Assembly (NCBI RefSeq): GCF_032191835.1
Contig: NC_083223.1
Span: forward strand, 191,828,001 to 191,892,000
Source of the DNA: Heteronotia binoei
Taxonomy: Eukaryota
Length of the DNA: 64,000 nucleotides
Reading direction: 5' to 3'
The notes beneath the pieces were generated by a model. That model had not been told where the DNA came from. It worked only from the letters and a program-made list of their open reading frames with translations, and searched no databases. This document shows positions 1 through 12,370 of the stretch, one piece after another (the stretch's first letter is position 1; the number at the start of each line of letters is the position of its first letter). A program made the position numbers and the translations under genes.

Positions 1-275
1 TTGTGCTCAGAGAAGGAATTCAGGTGCTTGGTAGCATATCCCTGCCTTCTGAAATCTGAGGAGTCAGTTAAACTTGTACTAGAGTGTATAAGAAACACTG
101 AAACAAAAGCCTTAGAATAATCTCTAAGATTCTAAGACTTTGTGAAAAGCTTAAGAACTCTCACATGTTGGAAACATATGAACTAGAGTTTGTGATTATA
201 CAAGGCTACCTCAGCATTATATTTGATTCACCTCAAGATACTTTATCCCTGAGTTCACCTGATCTTTTTCCTTTT

Positions 276-1470
276 ATGTTGTTGTTATTATTAGTTTATT
301 TAAATTCCGCCCATTCCTCCGTGGGGGCTCAGGGCGGAACACAACATAATGAAATCACATTAAAATCATATATTAATAAAAGCAATTACAATTATTTCAT
401 AAACAAATAGCTCAGCAGAACAGTTTTGATGAGATGGTGCAGCTGGACAGTGCAGCGAGTCAGCGCAGTAAGATATACAGTATATACAGTAGGGGAGGCC
501 AACCGATCTAATGGGCAGAGGCCTGCCACCTCACCTGAAAACCTGGCGGAACAGTTCCGTTTTACAGGCCCTACGAAAGGCTAATAATCCAGGTAGGGCC
601 CGGATCTCTATAGAGAGCTGATTCCACCAGGTTGAGGCCAGGCCGAAAAGGACCTGGCCCTGGTAGAGGCAAGACAGGCATCTTTTGGGTCGGGGACAGT
701 CAGCCTATCCTGGGAGGCTGAACAAAGCAACGTCCGGGGCATATACGGGAAGAGACGGTCCCGCAAGTATGCTGGTCCCAGGCCATGTAAGGCTTTGAAA
801 GTCAGAACTAACACCTTGAAGCGAATTCGGTACTCTATAGGCAGCCAGTGCAGGCCACGAAGCACCGGCCACATGCTCTCCCGTATAGGTGATGCAGTTA
901 GCAGGTGAGCTGCCGCGTTCTGCACCCGCTGCAGTTTCCAGATCAGCTTCAAGGGCAACCCACATAGACCGAGTTACAGTAATCTAATCTGGAAGTGACC
1001 ATTGCATGGGTCACTGTGGCCAAGTCTTGGGAGGCGAGATATGGTGCTAGTTGCCTGATCTGCCGTAGATGGTGGAAGGCAGACCTGGCAGCTGCCACGA
1101 CCTGGGCCTCCATGGAAAGTGAGGCATCCAGAATCACTCCCAAGCTCTTCACCTGTTGGGTTGGCACTAAAACTGCGCCATCCAAGGGTGGGAGCTGGGT
1201 ACACAAACCCCCTCCCCTTCGACTCAGGCACAGGACCTCAGTCTTTGCTGGATTTAACTTCAGTTGGTTCTGCTGTAGCCATCCCACTATGGCTCCTAAT
1301 GCCTTGGACAGGTATTCAGGGGCAGAAGACGGTCTGCCATCCATCAGCAGATAGAGCTGGGTGTCATCAGCATACTGGTGACAGCCCAGTCTGAAACCTC
1401 GGGCAATCTGGGCAAGGGGGAGCATATAAATATTAAATAATATGGTGAGAGAATAGTTTCCTGCGGCACT
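276..1470 (-). mobile_element. L2-clade LINE, 5'-truncated RT 3' end
   Basis: ORFs with ILFNIYM..LAQ, CHQYADDTQLY, LKLNPAKTE, SRLDYCNS, LHWLPI; simple-repeat tail at about 276-330. Confidence 0.9.
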
Positions 1471-2059
1471 CCACATATAAGTGGGTGCCGCATGGAGTTT
1501 GCTCACCCAGCCTCACCCTTTGTCCTGGCCCCCGGAGAAAGGAGGAAAACCATTGCAAGGCTGTCCCCCAATAGATAATAATCGACTGTGTCAAACGCTG
1601 CTGATAGGTCGAGAAGAATCAGCAGCACCGACCCGCCTTAGTCCAGATGTCTTCTTAGGTCATCCGTGAGGGCGACTAGCCCCAAAAGAAGGTGCCCCTA
1701 TCCTTCATTATTTCCTGTGGAAGGAAATAATTGAAAAGGTGTGCTGTCCTTTTAAATGTGATGGCCAGAACTCCCTTTGGAGTTCAATTATGCTTGTCAC
1801 AGCCTTGATCCTGGCTCCACCCATAATGTCTCCTGGCTCCACCCCCAAAGTCTCCTGGTTCCACCCCCAAAGTCCCCAGATATTTCTTGAATTGGACTTG
1901 GCAACCCTACCCTGAGGCCCTCCTCTCACTGTCCTATAGCAGCAAGGAGAGGACACCCCTCAGCATCAGCTGGCATTGCCTGGGGTAGGATGATCTGGCT
2001 CTGGTACAGCTACAGGTGCCAACCCCAGGTTTGGAAATTCCTGAAGATTTTGACTAGTA

Positions 2060-2067
2060 TTTTATTT

Positions 2068-2126
<59 letters not shown>

Positions 2127-2590
2127 TTTTATATCCCGCCTTCCCTGCCGAAGCAGGCTCGGGGCTCACAACATAAAATCCCAACAAACAATTACAATTA
2201 ATAAGTATTAAAATTACACATTCAACAATAAAACAAGATATTCAATAGTTAAAACAGTTAAAACAGAATATTAGTTTGGTGCTATTTCAGTGGCGACGGC
2301 CTTCTTCCACTTCCCTTAAATACAGGTGCTATGTCAATTAAACGCCAGCCGGAAGAGGACAGTCTTGCAGGCCCTGCAGAACTGCACAAGGTTCCGCAAG
2401 GCCCTCACTTCATCTGGCAGTTGGTTCCACCAGCAGGGGGCTGCAATCAAGAAGGCCCTGTCTCTGGTTGATTTTAATCTGGCCTCCTTCGGCCCGGGGA
2501 TTACTAATAGATTTTGTGATCCTGATCTGAGTACTCTCTGGGGAACATGTGGGGAGAGACGATCCCTAAGGTAGGCAGGTCCTAGGCCTA
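2060..2590 (-). mobile_element. L2-clade LINE 3' fragment with (TATT)n tail
   Basis: (tatt)n at 2060-2130 then tcccgcc...ggctc tail and 3' RT-end sequence similar to the other L2 copies. Confidence 0.75.
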
Positions 2591-2781
2591 GTAGACTCTG
2601 GGTAGCTCGAGGCTAGTAGAGGGGAGGAACCTCTCCTGGATATAATGCCATAAATTTTCTCCAGGGAGATGATCTTTGTAGTCTGAAAATCAGATGTGAT
2701 TCCAAGAGATCTCCAGATGGGACATTCTTAGGTACAGTCAGCATGGACATCTCTTCAGCTATCTGGCTGCTCTGTGAACAG

Positions 2782-3555
2782 TAGGCTTCCCAGTCCCCAG
2801 GTCCCAATGGGGGATCCCTCGGTTTTACAGGCTTCCTCCCGCCCCCAGCCAGCTGGCCAGCGGGGGGAAGCCACACCCCCACAGCCACCAGTACCACTAG
2901 ATCTCCTGCAGGTTAAAAAGAAACCCTGCAAACAGGTCCCATTTTAAAATGCCTCTTTGTGTGTGTGTGCCCCTTTAAAGTTGAGCAGGAAGCAGGAAGT
3001 ACTTCATGGGGAAGGATCAGAAGCAGAGCGTGTCTGTTTTGCTTTCGTTTCACAGTAAGTTAGAGTGTGTGCGTGTGAGAGGGAGAGAGCAGCGTAGCCC
3101 CTGTAATTGTCAGATGTCATTGTGGAGGAACCAGACCCGGTGAGAGAGAAAGAGAGTACTTTCCAGAAGTCTTTGAAGGGGAGGCAGTAATAGTGTGTGT
3201 GTGTCTCTGTGCTTATTTTGCATTGTTTTCAGAGTCTTTGTATAGGAGCCTGCTTATGGGATAGAGGAAAACTCCATCTCTCTCTTTTTTGTTTGCCTGA
3301 GTAAAGCCCCAGTGAGATCACAAAAATGTGAGCTTGCAAACTCTGTGCATTTTGGCTGCTTTTTGTGTGCTTACACTTTCATTTACTAGAACTGCAGCTA
3401 TTGGGGGATGAGGAAATGATGACTATTCAGGTGAACTGCACTGCTGTATTTTTATACCTTTATTTTGAAAATGGGAAAGTCTGGCTCTACCCCAAAGTCT
3501 CCTGGCTCCACCCCCAAAGTCCCCAGATATTTTCTGAATTAGACTTGGCAACCCT
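2782..3555. mobile_element. hAT-type non-autonomous element (TAGG[G/C]TTGCCA TIR family), long variant
   Basis: Begins taggcttcccag, ends ttggcaacccta; termini shared with the copy at 4354-4853. Confidence 0.55.
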
Positions 3556-3993
3556 AGTGAACAGGGAAGGCTTCATGGGCAGCTTTGGTCTGCCCTGGGA
3601 TGTCATCATCAGCATTGTCATGTGACTTCTAATGTGGTCATGTGTACTTCTGATGGAATATATGCAAAATGGTGTAATGTATGCAAAATGGCTCCAGTTC
3701 TTTGGTTTACAAAATTTTGTTCAACAAACAAAACAACATGGGATGAAAAGTTCTATGTAATTAATAGCAAAGAAGTTCTAACTACTTCTGACTCACTAAA
3801 CATACATAACTTCTACTATAAATTTTGTTTTACATTCCTCAAATAGATACAATCAAAATATTTTGGCTACAGGAAAAACAGAGACAAAGGGATCAGCTTA
3901 TCAATGTCAGTATTTTTGTAATCTTTTGCAATGCTAGCAGATTCCTAGAACTTCTTCCCAGTCCCTTCAGGCAATAAACATGTTGTTACTTAC

Positions 3994-4086
3994 CCTCCTC
4001 TGAGTGCTGAATACAGTTCATTTCTGGGATCCAATTTGGTGCTATTATTACTGGGTACAGCATGTTCTTTAACTTCATTTCAATAC
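3994..4086 (-). CDS. XDH: XDH exon 10 ([31 protein letters not shown])
   Basis: gtttccttaag|GTATTG...GAGGAGG|gtaagt; 93 nt. Confidence 0.96.
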
Positions 4087-4353
4087 CTTAAGGAAACAAA
4101 ATCTAGTGATGTCAATTTACACAAGGCAGGCAGCCAGGACTAGTAAGTTTCCCAATCAAAAAACAAAACTATTTATGCAATAGTCCCATTTCCCCCAAAG
4201 TGATAACATGTGGCTCTTTCTGAAGTTCACCAGCGATGGAATTTGCAAGGGCTTATAATGAAATTGTAACTAAAAAAACAATGAGATTTTCCCTTGCATT
4301 CAGCAATCTCAACAAGTATTTCCTTAATAGATGATGACACTTTTGTTTCTAGT

Positions 4354-4853
4354 TAGGCTTCCCAATCCCCAGGTCCCAGAGGGCGATCCCCTGGTTTTAC
4401 AGGCTTTCCCCCTCCCCCAGCCAGCTGGCCGGCGGGGGAAGCCCCGCCCCCAGAGCCATCATGCACCTCTATGAACGATTCCCATAGGGAATGATGGGGA
4501 ATTGATCCACGGGCATCGGGGGCTCTGGGGGGGGGGCTGTTTTTTGAGATAGAGGCACCATATTTTCAGTATAGCATCTAGTGCCTCTCCCCAAAATACC
4601 CCCCAAGTTTCAAAAAGATTGGACCAGGGGGTCCAATTCTATGCGCCCCAAAAGAAGGTGCCCCTATCCTTCATTATTTCCTATGGAAGGAAGGCATTTA
4701 AAAATTTGTGCAGTCCTTTTAAATGTGATGGCCAGAACTCCCTTGAAGTTCAATTATGCTTGTCACACCCTTGCTCTCGGCTCCGCCCCCAATGTCTCCT
4801 GGCTCCACCCCCAAAGTCCCCAGATATTTCTTAAATTGGACTTGGCAACCCTA
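4354..4853. mobile_element. hAT MITE (about 500 bp)
   Basis: TIRs taggcttccca/tggcaacccta; perfect 8-bp TSD TTTCTAGT. Confidence 0.85.
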
Positions 4854-6638
4854 TTTCTAGTGGATATTAATATATTATAGTAGCATGTCATTAACAGGCC
4901 CAGCGCTAGGGCTTTGGGCACCCCAGGCCAGCACCTGCTCCGTGCCCACCCTGTGCCTGCCCCCCCTCCACAACCCCACTCGCAGGGAAGGCAGGCACAG
5001 CAGCATGGCAGAGGAGAGCAGGGCAGGCTCCAGGCGAGCCACACCTGCACTCTCAGAAGCAATCCGAGACTGCCCTTCTTAGCACCACCAAGAGCGCACT
5101 CACAGGCCTTCTCCTCTGAGGAGAAGCCAGGCTCAGAGGAGAATGTGCCCCGCCTGGCTGCTCTCACCTTGCAAGGAAAGCCAAGCTCGGAGCAGAAGAA
5201 GGCGCCCTGCTTGGCTGCTCTCATCTTAAAGGTGAGAGCAGCCAGGCAGTACAGGGCCCACTCTTTTCTTCCAAACTCAGAGGAGAAGAATGCACCCCGC
5301 TTGACTGCTCTTGCTTTCAAGGTGAGAGCAGCCAGGTGGGGCATGTTCTCCTCCAAGCTTGGAGGAAAAGGCCTGTGTGTGCACTCTCAGAGCCTTGCAA
5401 GGGAAGCCTGGCTTGGAGGCTGTCCATCCATCCTAATCTTCTCAGGTCTGAAACCTGGGAAGCCAAGAGCAACAGAATGGAGGGAAGGGGGCACTTAGCA
5501 GCACCTCATAGGCAACGTGACACCCCAGGCCGCCACCTACCTTGCCTACTCCCATGTGTCAGCCATGGTCATTAATAAAGAATAAACTGCTACAACACAG
5601 ATAAATAAATTGCAGATTGGAGCATACACATAGAGACTAAATGCTGGGATAAAGGCAGAATAATTGTTGAGAGAAACTGCACGTTTTGAGAGTTGACTCA
5701 AAAACACAATAGTTTTTAATGAGAAGTAAACCTCAATTTGGAATTTTATAAACCTGCCTCCCCTTTTACAGATGTTTATATTTGTATATGTTTAAAAGGT
5801 TTTCAAGTGTGTGTGCTCTTTGACTATGACTATAGGCCACTGAAGAAGGCATATCAAGCCAAAACATGTTTGGCCTCTTGGTTTTATGTACAAAATCCTT
5901 TTGATCTGTAGCTAAGTTCTGATGTATTGACTGGCCTGTTGGTTTCATGTGCAAAATCCTTTCGATCTGTAGCTAAGTTTTGATGAGCTAATATTGCTGT
6001 TGAACAACTGCATTTTATTTTTTTTATGTATTTTCTATATTTTCAATTGTCATAGAATGTAATAAATGCCTGTAATACTTTTAAATTGCTAAACTCAGCC
6101 TTTGAGTACCCACACATAATCCATTTACCATAGTCCCAGTGGGAGAGAACACCATGTTCTGTTTTCTCATACCATCCTCAGGCACTCAGGCCTGACTTAA
6201 ACATGACACTGGCTGTTTTGCATGGATAGCAATCCCATTTAAATGAGACAATATTCAAAGTTCAAATGCCAATGGGAGACAGTGCTTTTGCCTCAGTCTT
6301 CGTCACATTTAAATCAGATCTCAGATAGCCATGTGAAGAAAATTGTCTCTCATCAGAGTTATACATGCAGCCACATTTTGGTTCATTTCTCCTACACCAG
6401 AAGCACACACACACTTCCATTTTACCTTAGAGCCCCACTTTTTAAACTCTCCACAATTCTTCCTCTTCAAACAGCACAATTATTGACATGGTCTTAAAAA
6501 GCTAGCTGAATTGCTGAAAAGTACTTCAACAGACTGGCTTAAAAAGCAGATGCTTGACCAAACATGTGCTATCTGACAAAGTCAATTTTTAAAAATTGCG
6601 TTTGAAAAGCCAAACAGGAATTCAGTTCTTGCTCTTAC

Positions 6639-6780
6639 CCACTTCAGTATTCCCTACCACGAGCTTGGCACTGGGATACTCAGCTTTTAGGGTAAGCAAT
6701 TCCTTGAGAGTTGAAGGCTGAAACCACGTCACCCGCTCACCCTTGAAGCATAGCTGCTTCTGAGGTTTGTTCTTGTGAAT
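6639..6780 (-). CDS. XDH: XDH exon 9 ([47 protein letters not shown]), start of FAD domain
   Basis: gctttcacag|ATTCAC...GAAGTGG|gtaaga; 142 nt. Confidence 0.97.
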
Positions 6781-6822
6781 CTGTGAAAGCAACACTGGGT
6801 TTAGCTTCACTCGTAAACTACT

Positions 6823-7155
6823 GCCCTGACCTGGATGGTCCTGGTCAGCCCAATCTTGTCAGATTTTTGAAGCAAAGCAGGATTGGCTCTAGTTTGTACC
6901 TGTATGAGAGACCACCAAGGAAGTCCTGGGTTGCCACACATAGGTAGGTTTTAGGAGCGTTTTTAGGAGCGAAGAAACAAGCGTCTGCCTTCCTCCGAGT
7001 CTGCGCAGATCGAGTCCCAGAAGGGTAGGGCCTCCAAAGGGGCTCTGTCTCAGTGGACCACATAGGTAGGTAATGGCAAACCACCTTTGAAAGTTTCTTG
7101 CCTTGAAAACTTTATGGGGTCACCATAAGTCAGCTGCAACTTGATGGTACTTTAC
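6823..7155 (+). mobile_element. 5S rRNA-derived SINE with RTE-like tail (interrupted)
   Basis: Decayed 5S-like head (cccaatcttgtcagatttttgaagcaaagcagg...gagacc) followed by aatggcaaaccacc...cttgccttgaaaac tail. Confidence 0.7.
6950..7058. mobile_element. Unidentified 109-bp insertion inside the 5S SINE
   Basis: Flanked by exact 13-bp direct repeat CACATAGGTAGGT (6937-6949, 7059-7071). Confidence 0.65.
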
Positions 7156-8169
7156 CTCACACCTGTGAAATACTGACTCAAAGCAAAGGACCTGTGCTGT
7201 ATTTTATTCTTGATGTGCCAAAATTTGCATTTTTTTCCTCAAGCCAATAGGTCTTGAAAATGAAAAAAACCCTCTAAAATAAATTCTACTTAATACACTA
7301 TGCTTGCTCATAAACAAAGAAAAAAACAAGGTGACACTGAGCTTCTATATTCTTGTGGCAAAATAATTTTGCAAAATCATATTGACATCCCTCATACACT
7401 TTAGGAGTCACTCATAAGGGACATAAAACTGTCTCCTCATAACTTTTGTAGTCAGTATCCTCTCTTGCAATACGAGGATTGATAGTTCTTTGGTTTTGAT
7501 GCACAGGCATACATCAATATTTTTTTTTCATTTTATTTTTCACCAAAATACATTTTTATCAAATAAAATTAGGAGGGGATGAAATATAGTCCACTCAAAC
7601 TATTAAATGTCAAAACAAGAACACATTGAAAATTATCAGTCAATAGCTACTTTTCAGATGATGCAGTTAAAATGAAGTGCCAATCATTTCATGTTGATGC
7701 AGGTACCTCTACCCCTGGGCATTAATCCTGATCCAAATCAGGATCCTATGTCATTTCTAATTAAAAGAAAATATGCTTAGGAGATTTATACACTGAACTC
7801 TGACCATCATCACAGCAGATATGACCCCATTTTACCACTAAAATGTGTGAACAAATCCAAGACTGAAGTCTATTACCACCAGGGCTTGAATTCAGCAGGA
7901 GCTCACAGGAGCACAGCTCCTGAACCTCCAGCCAGGGTCTGCATGCAGTGGGGAGTTCTCTCCCCGTTGCACACAGATCCTGGGGCATATGCAAATGAGA
8001 TATCCTACTGAGCTTCTGCACTTTTTTTGTACAAAATGACCCGATTACCACACTACTGGCTATAATTTGAGCATGTCCTCAGCCTATATGCAGAAATTAA
8101 CAAGAACACTACAATCTTCCCTAGGGGAGAAAAGTTTCCACTACATTGTAAGGGAAAAAATGTACCTAC

Positions 8170-8256
8170 CAACAACTCTGGTGGGAATATAGGCTCCTGC
8201 GTCGGGTCTAGAGGCTGGAACTCAGCACAATTGAAAAGAGGTGAAGACGCCATTGC
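8170..8256 (-). CDS. XDH: XDH exon 8 (AMASSPLFNCAEFQPLDPTQEPIFPPELL)
   Basis: atctgtag|GCAATG...TTGTTG|gtaggt; 87 nt; LDPTQEPIFPPEL motif. Confidence 0.97.
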
Positions 8257-8530
8257 CTACAGATGATAAATGGCATATTTATTAACTTTACTACTGAAGA
8301 AGGTTGCTCTTTCTGCATTTAACTGAGACAAATGTTTTCTTTCATTCAAAAATGAAATAAGCACAGTTAGTGTAACATACAGAACTGGTAGGAACTGGGA
8401 TGCTGATCTTCATATTTAGATATTTATACCCACTTTTCCTCCCAATGGGGAGGCAAAGGGGCTTATAGCTTCCTTCCTCCAGGTTATCCTCACCACAGCA
8501 ACCCTATGTAGTAAATTAGGTTGAGATCAC

Positions 8531-8701
8531 CAGGGCTTTTTTCTGGGGAAATGTGGCAGGACTGAGTTCTGAAACCTCTTCGTGGAAGCAAACTTCTAAA
8601 ACAACAACAACAAATATTTAAAAGTTCATGAGGGGCACCCGTGTATTTCTCCTTCCCTTCAGAGAGTTCTGGCACCTCTTTTTTCCAGAAAAAAAGCCCT
8701 A
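8531..8701. mobile_element. hAT MITE (CAGGGCTTTTT TIR family)
   Basis: TIRs cagggctttt/aaaagcccta; perfect 8-bp TSD GAGATCAC; sits inside an older SINE. Confidence 0.75.
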
Positions 8702-8814
8702 GAGATCACTGAGTGCGCTTGCATGACAGATGCTCTCCCAGATCCTGCTCTGACATTCTAACCACTGCACCTACAGGCTCTTTTATCTGAGTAGATTTTT
8801 TTCTCTAATTGCAG

Positions 8815-9495
8815 TAATAATAATAATAATAAACTTTTATTTGTACCCCGCCCTCCCCGCCTAGGCAGGCTCAGGGCGGCTAACAAGACATGGTAAAACC
8901 ATGATACAGATAAACAATAGATAATATAATTAATAATTTAAACAATAAAACCAATAAAACAATATGACATTAAAATACAGTCGAATGGCGTATAAGATGG
9001 CTCGGTATTACTGATCTTATCAGGAGTTCTGTCTTAAAAAGCTAGCTGGAAGAGGGCAGTTTTGCGTGGATCACTGTTGCCAGGTCGCTGCGCTCCAGGA
9101 AGGGGGCCAGCTGCCTCGCCCGTTTAAGATGAAAAAAGGCGGACTTGGCAGTAGCTGCTATCTGGGCCTCCATTGTCAAGGGAGGCTCCAGTAGAACTCC
9201 CAAGCTACCAGTTGCGCCCCATCAAAAACTGGGAGAGAGACCCCATTCCCTAAACCGCCGCGACCCAGGCAAAGGACCTCTGTCTTCGCTGGATTCAATT
9301 TCAGCCCACTCAGCTTAATCCAGTCTGCCACGGCTTGCAGCACTCGGTCCAGATTTTCCGGGGCATTGCCAGTCCGGTCACCCATCAATAGATAGAGCTG
9401 GGTGTCATCAGCATACTGATGGCAACCCAGTCCATGTCTCTGGGCAATCTGGGCAAGGGGGCGCATAAAGATGTTGAATAGCATCGGAGAGAGAA
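8815..9495 (-). mobile_element. L2-clade LINE fragment, internally deleted
   Basis: LSPMLFNIFMRPLAQ...CHQYADDTQLY...LKLNPAKTEV; (taa)n tail at 8815-8831. Confidence 0.88.
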
Positions 9496-10185
9496 CTTTA
9501 AGGACCTTAAACAAGTGGAACAGTTGTCTCAATGACAATGACTATATCACTCCTAAATATATTTCTCAGGTGATAGAGGGATGAACAGACAGATTACATG
9601 ACACCATCAATTTAGTTCAAGTTCAAGTTAAGAGCATCCTCACATGCTAACGCCGCAACTAGCACTGTCAGAAACAGCCATAACCAATCACCCATGGACT
9701 TCTTTGCACAGAGCTTTCTTCCAAAGATTCAAATGTCATTTTTATACCTCTTACTGGATTGGCTTGTTCTTTGCTTTGTGCTATCAATACACAGTTTTCT
9801 CCTGGCCTCCCCAGGTCCTGCTGCTTGCCCTTTCATGTGAAAGGCCCCAGGACCAGAGGTAATGTTGCCCTGGTACTGAGCACAGCACTACTTTGTGATA
9901 GATAAATAGATTATAGGACTAATTTTATGCTTTGCTTTAAGATGAATTTTCATACCCTCAGCCATGGTTACTCGTCTCCTCTCTGGTCCTGGTGTTGTAT
10001 GTTTATGTGTTTCTACTGAATTATTTTATAATTTTAAATGTTATTTTAGTTGTGCAAAATTTTCTTGTTTGCATCCTTGGGGACCTTGATTGGGTTGGCT
10101 AGGCAGCATAAAATGTGTTAAATAAATAAAATACTAACAAGGAATAAGGTGTGTGCAAATAAATATCAACAGCTGAAAGACTTAC

Positions 10186-10248
10186 TGTGTCTTTTGCATT
10201 CATGCAGCAATCTGGGCCATTGATTTTTTTTTCACGGCATCCCCAACC
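10186..10248 (-). CDS. XDH: XDH exon 7b, second Cys-rich linker copy (GWGCREKKINGPDCCMNAKDT)
   Basis: ctttcatccccctccccag|GGTTGG...GACACA|gtaagt; 63 nt, phase 0/0. Confidence 0.85.
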
Positions 10249-10631
10249 CTGGGGAGGGGGATGAAAGAGAAATGCTGTCATGAAATGGAACAGTTTTTCT
10301 ACTTAAAGAAAAAATAATACTTGCTATTTTTGCTGCATTTTTCACAAAGAGTTAAGAAAACTTAAATAAAAGTGATCAAATATTGAGGGCTGGGAAAATT
10401 CAGTAACAACCTTTTTCTAGATTTTTATGTTGTTTGGTTAATCATGAAATCAAATTTCACTTATAAAACATTGTTAAAAATAGACAATATATTTTGAACA
10501 TCTACACAGAAAGCCTGACTAGAAATTTTATTTTATTTATGTAAATGTTAGGCTTGCCAAAATATAGAGCCCCATGGCGCAGAGTGTTAAAGCTGTAGTA
10601 CTGCAGTCCTAAGCTCTGCTCACGACCTGAG

Positions 10632-11104
10632 TGTCAGACATTGGAGCTCAAATTAAACGGACCAAGTTTTGTTGCAAAAGTAGTAGCGTTTATTTGGTAT
10701 CTCAAAGTTCTGAATAGGCAATCATTGGAACTGGTAGCAAACATTGAAACATACATGGGTTTTAAGGCCTTACATCAAAGCATTCATAAACAACCCTACA
10801 TTCTCACACTCTAATGTTGCAAGTAACACTTTCCCTACTTCTTATCGCTTGCAGCACCCTTTCTCACGGAGGAGCCCTGCTGGCTCTCCTTGAGGCTTGC
10901 TATCTTCAAAGAGCTGTTGCTTTGTTAGTGTTATGCAGAGGAATTCACAGCATGGGTTAGTAACATTTCTAAGACCGTTTGATATGCAAGGTCTTCTGCT
11001 TCATAGTTAGTAATAGGGGTTCAAAATGGAGTTAGTCATGTCAAGGAACAAGTTACAGAATGCATTCAGCATAATGACACAGTAATACTCTCCAATGTCT
11101 GACA
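10632..11104 (-). mobile_element. Solo LTR (473 bp)
   Basis: TG...CA ends with 15-bp inverted repeat TGTCAGACATTGGAG; exact 5-bp TSD CTGAG; AATAAA on the minus strand at 10694-10689. Confidence 0.8.
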
Positions 11105-11177
11105 CTGAGTTCAATCCCCAGTGGAAGCTGGGTTTTCAGGTAGCTAGCTTGGGGTTGACTCAGCCTTTCATCCTTCC

Positions 11178-11440
11178 GCAGGGCCTGTAAGACCGAACTG
11201 TTTAAACAGGCGTTTGCTGTTTGACTGAAAAAGGGCTGCCACCGGACATCTTATAGAATGCTGGCGATCACAGTCGAGAATTCAATACCGCCTATACTGT
11301 ACTGAAACAGCGCTATAGAATGGTTTTAAAATTGATATAAGTAAATTATGGTTTTATATGTTTTATTGGATTGATTGTATTTTATGATGTTGTAAGCCGC
11401 CCTGAGTCCACTTGCGGAGAGGGCAGGATATAAATTGAAA

Positions 11441-11479
<39 letters not shown>
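11178..11479 (+). mobile_element. L2-clade LINE 3' end inserted in the SINE
   Basis: agggcctgtaagaccgaactg...ttgtaagccgccctgag...(aaat)n; TTCC duplicated at both junctions. Confidence 0.8.
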
Positions 11480-11481
<2 letters not shown>

Positions 11482-11829
11482 CCAAGGTTGGTAAAATGAG
11501 TACCCAGCTTGCTGGGGGGAAAGTGTAGATGACTGGGGAAGGCAATGGCAAACCATCCCTTAAAAAGTCTGCCATGAAAACATTTTGAAAGCAACGTCAC
11601 CCCAGAGTTGGAAACAACAGGGGGCCTTTCCTTTCCTAGGCTTGCCAATCCCCAGCTCCCAGCAGAGGATATCCCAGTTTTGCAGGCTCTTTCTCACCTC
11701 CATTTTATACCCTGTTCCCATTTTATGCTCCCATGCTTTCCAAGAGGAGTTTTGAAATGGCTAGTAGTTTCTAGAAATTTTTAAATACTTATTTTTAAAA
11801 GCCATGTCTCATTTTTAAAAGGTCTAAAG

Positions 11830-12146
11830 CAGGAGTGGCCAAACTGTGGCGTGGGTGCCACATGTGGCTCTTTCACACATATTGTGTAGCTCTTGAGGCC
11901 CCCACCACATTGTTGACCAGCTTGGAGAAGACATTTCTCTCTTTAAATTATTTCTTCAAGCCAAGCCAGCTGGTGGCTTGGAGAGTACATTTAAAGTTAA
12001 AGTTGCTTTCTTTCTACCTCTCCCATTTGTTTGCCTGCCTGCCAGACTCGCAGCTCTCAAACATCTGACATTCATGTCTTGTGGCTCTCAAATAGCAGAC
12101 ATTTATTCTCTGTGGCTCTTACATTAAGCAGGTTTGGCCATCCCTG
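11830..12146. mobile_element. hAT MITE (Charlie-like)
   Basis: TIRs caggagtggccaaac/gtttggccatccctg; perfect 8-bp TSD GTCTAAAG. Confidence 0.85.
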
Positions 12147-12176
12147 GTCTAAAGTAACTTTTCCTTGGATCCAAAC

Positions 12177-12370
12177 CAGTGTTCCCTCTAAGCCATGGAG
12201 TCCTGTGAGCAAAAATTCTACTTTGTGAGCTACTGGTATTAAAGTTGTGAGCTACTGCATAAATTATTGTGCTCTGGGGTCATCCTTCCCGAGCTAAGAC
12301 AAAAATGTGTGAGCTGGAGGCTAAAAATCTGTGAGCTAGCTCACTCTAACTCAGCTTAGAGGGATCACTG
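12177..12370. mobile_element. hAT MITE (CAGTGTTCCCTCTAAG TIR)
   Basis: TIRs cagtgttccctctaag/cttagagggatcactg; perfect 8-bp TSD ATCCAAAC. Confidence 0.85.

Larger units (their letters stand above)
10566..11636 (+). mobile_element. tRNA-derived SINE with RTE-like tail, split into three pieces
   Basis: Pieces 10566-10631, 11110-11177 and 11480-11636 rebuild the same SINE as 59230-59528; 12-bp TSD TAGGCTTGCCAA (10549-10560, 11637-11648). Confidence 0.85.

Noticed and set aside
6823-6935. 5S rRNA gene
   Set aside because: Heavily mutated and fused to an RTE-like tail; it is a SINE head. The tRNA-like heads at 10566 and 31630 are likewise SINEs, not tRNA genes.
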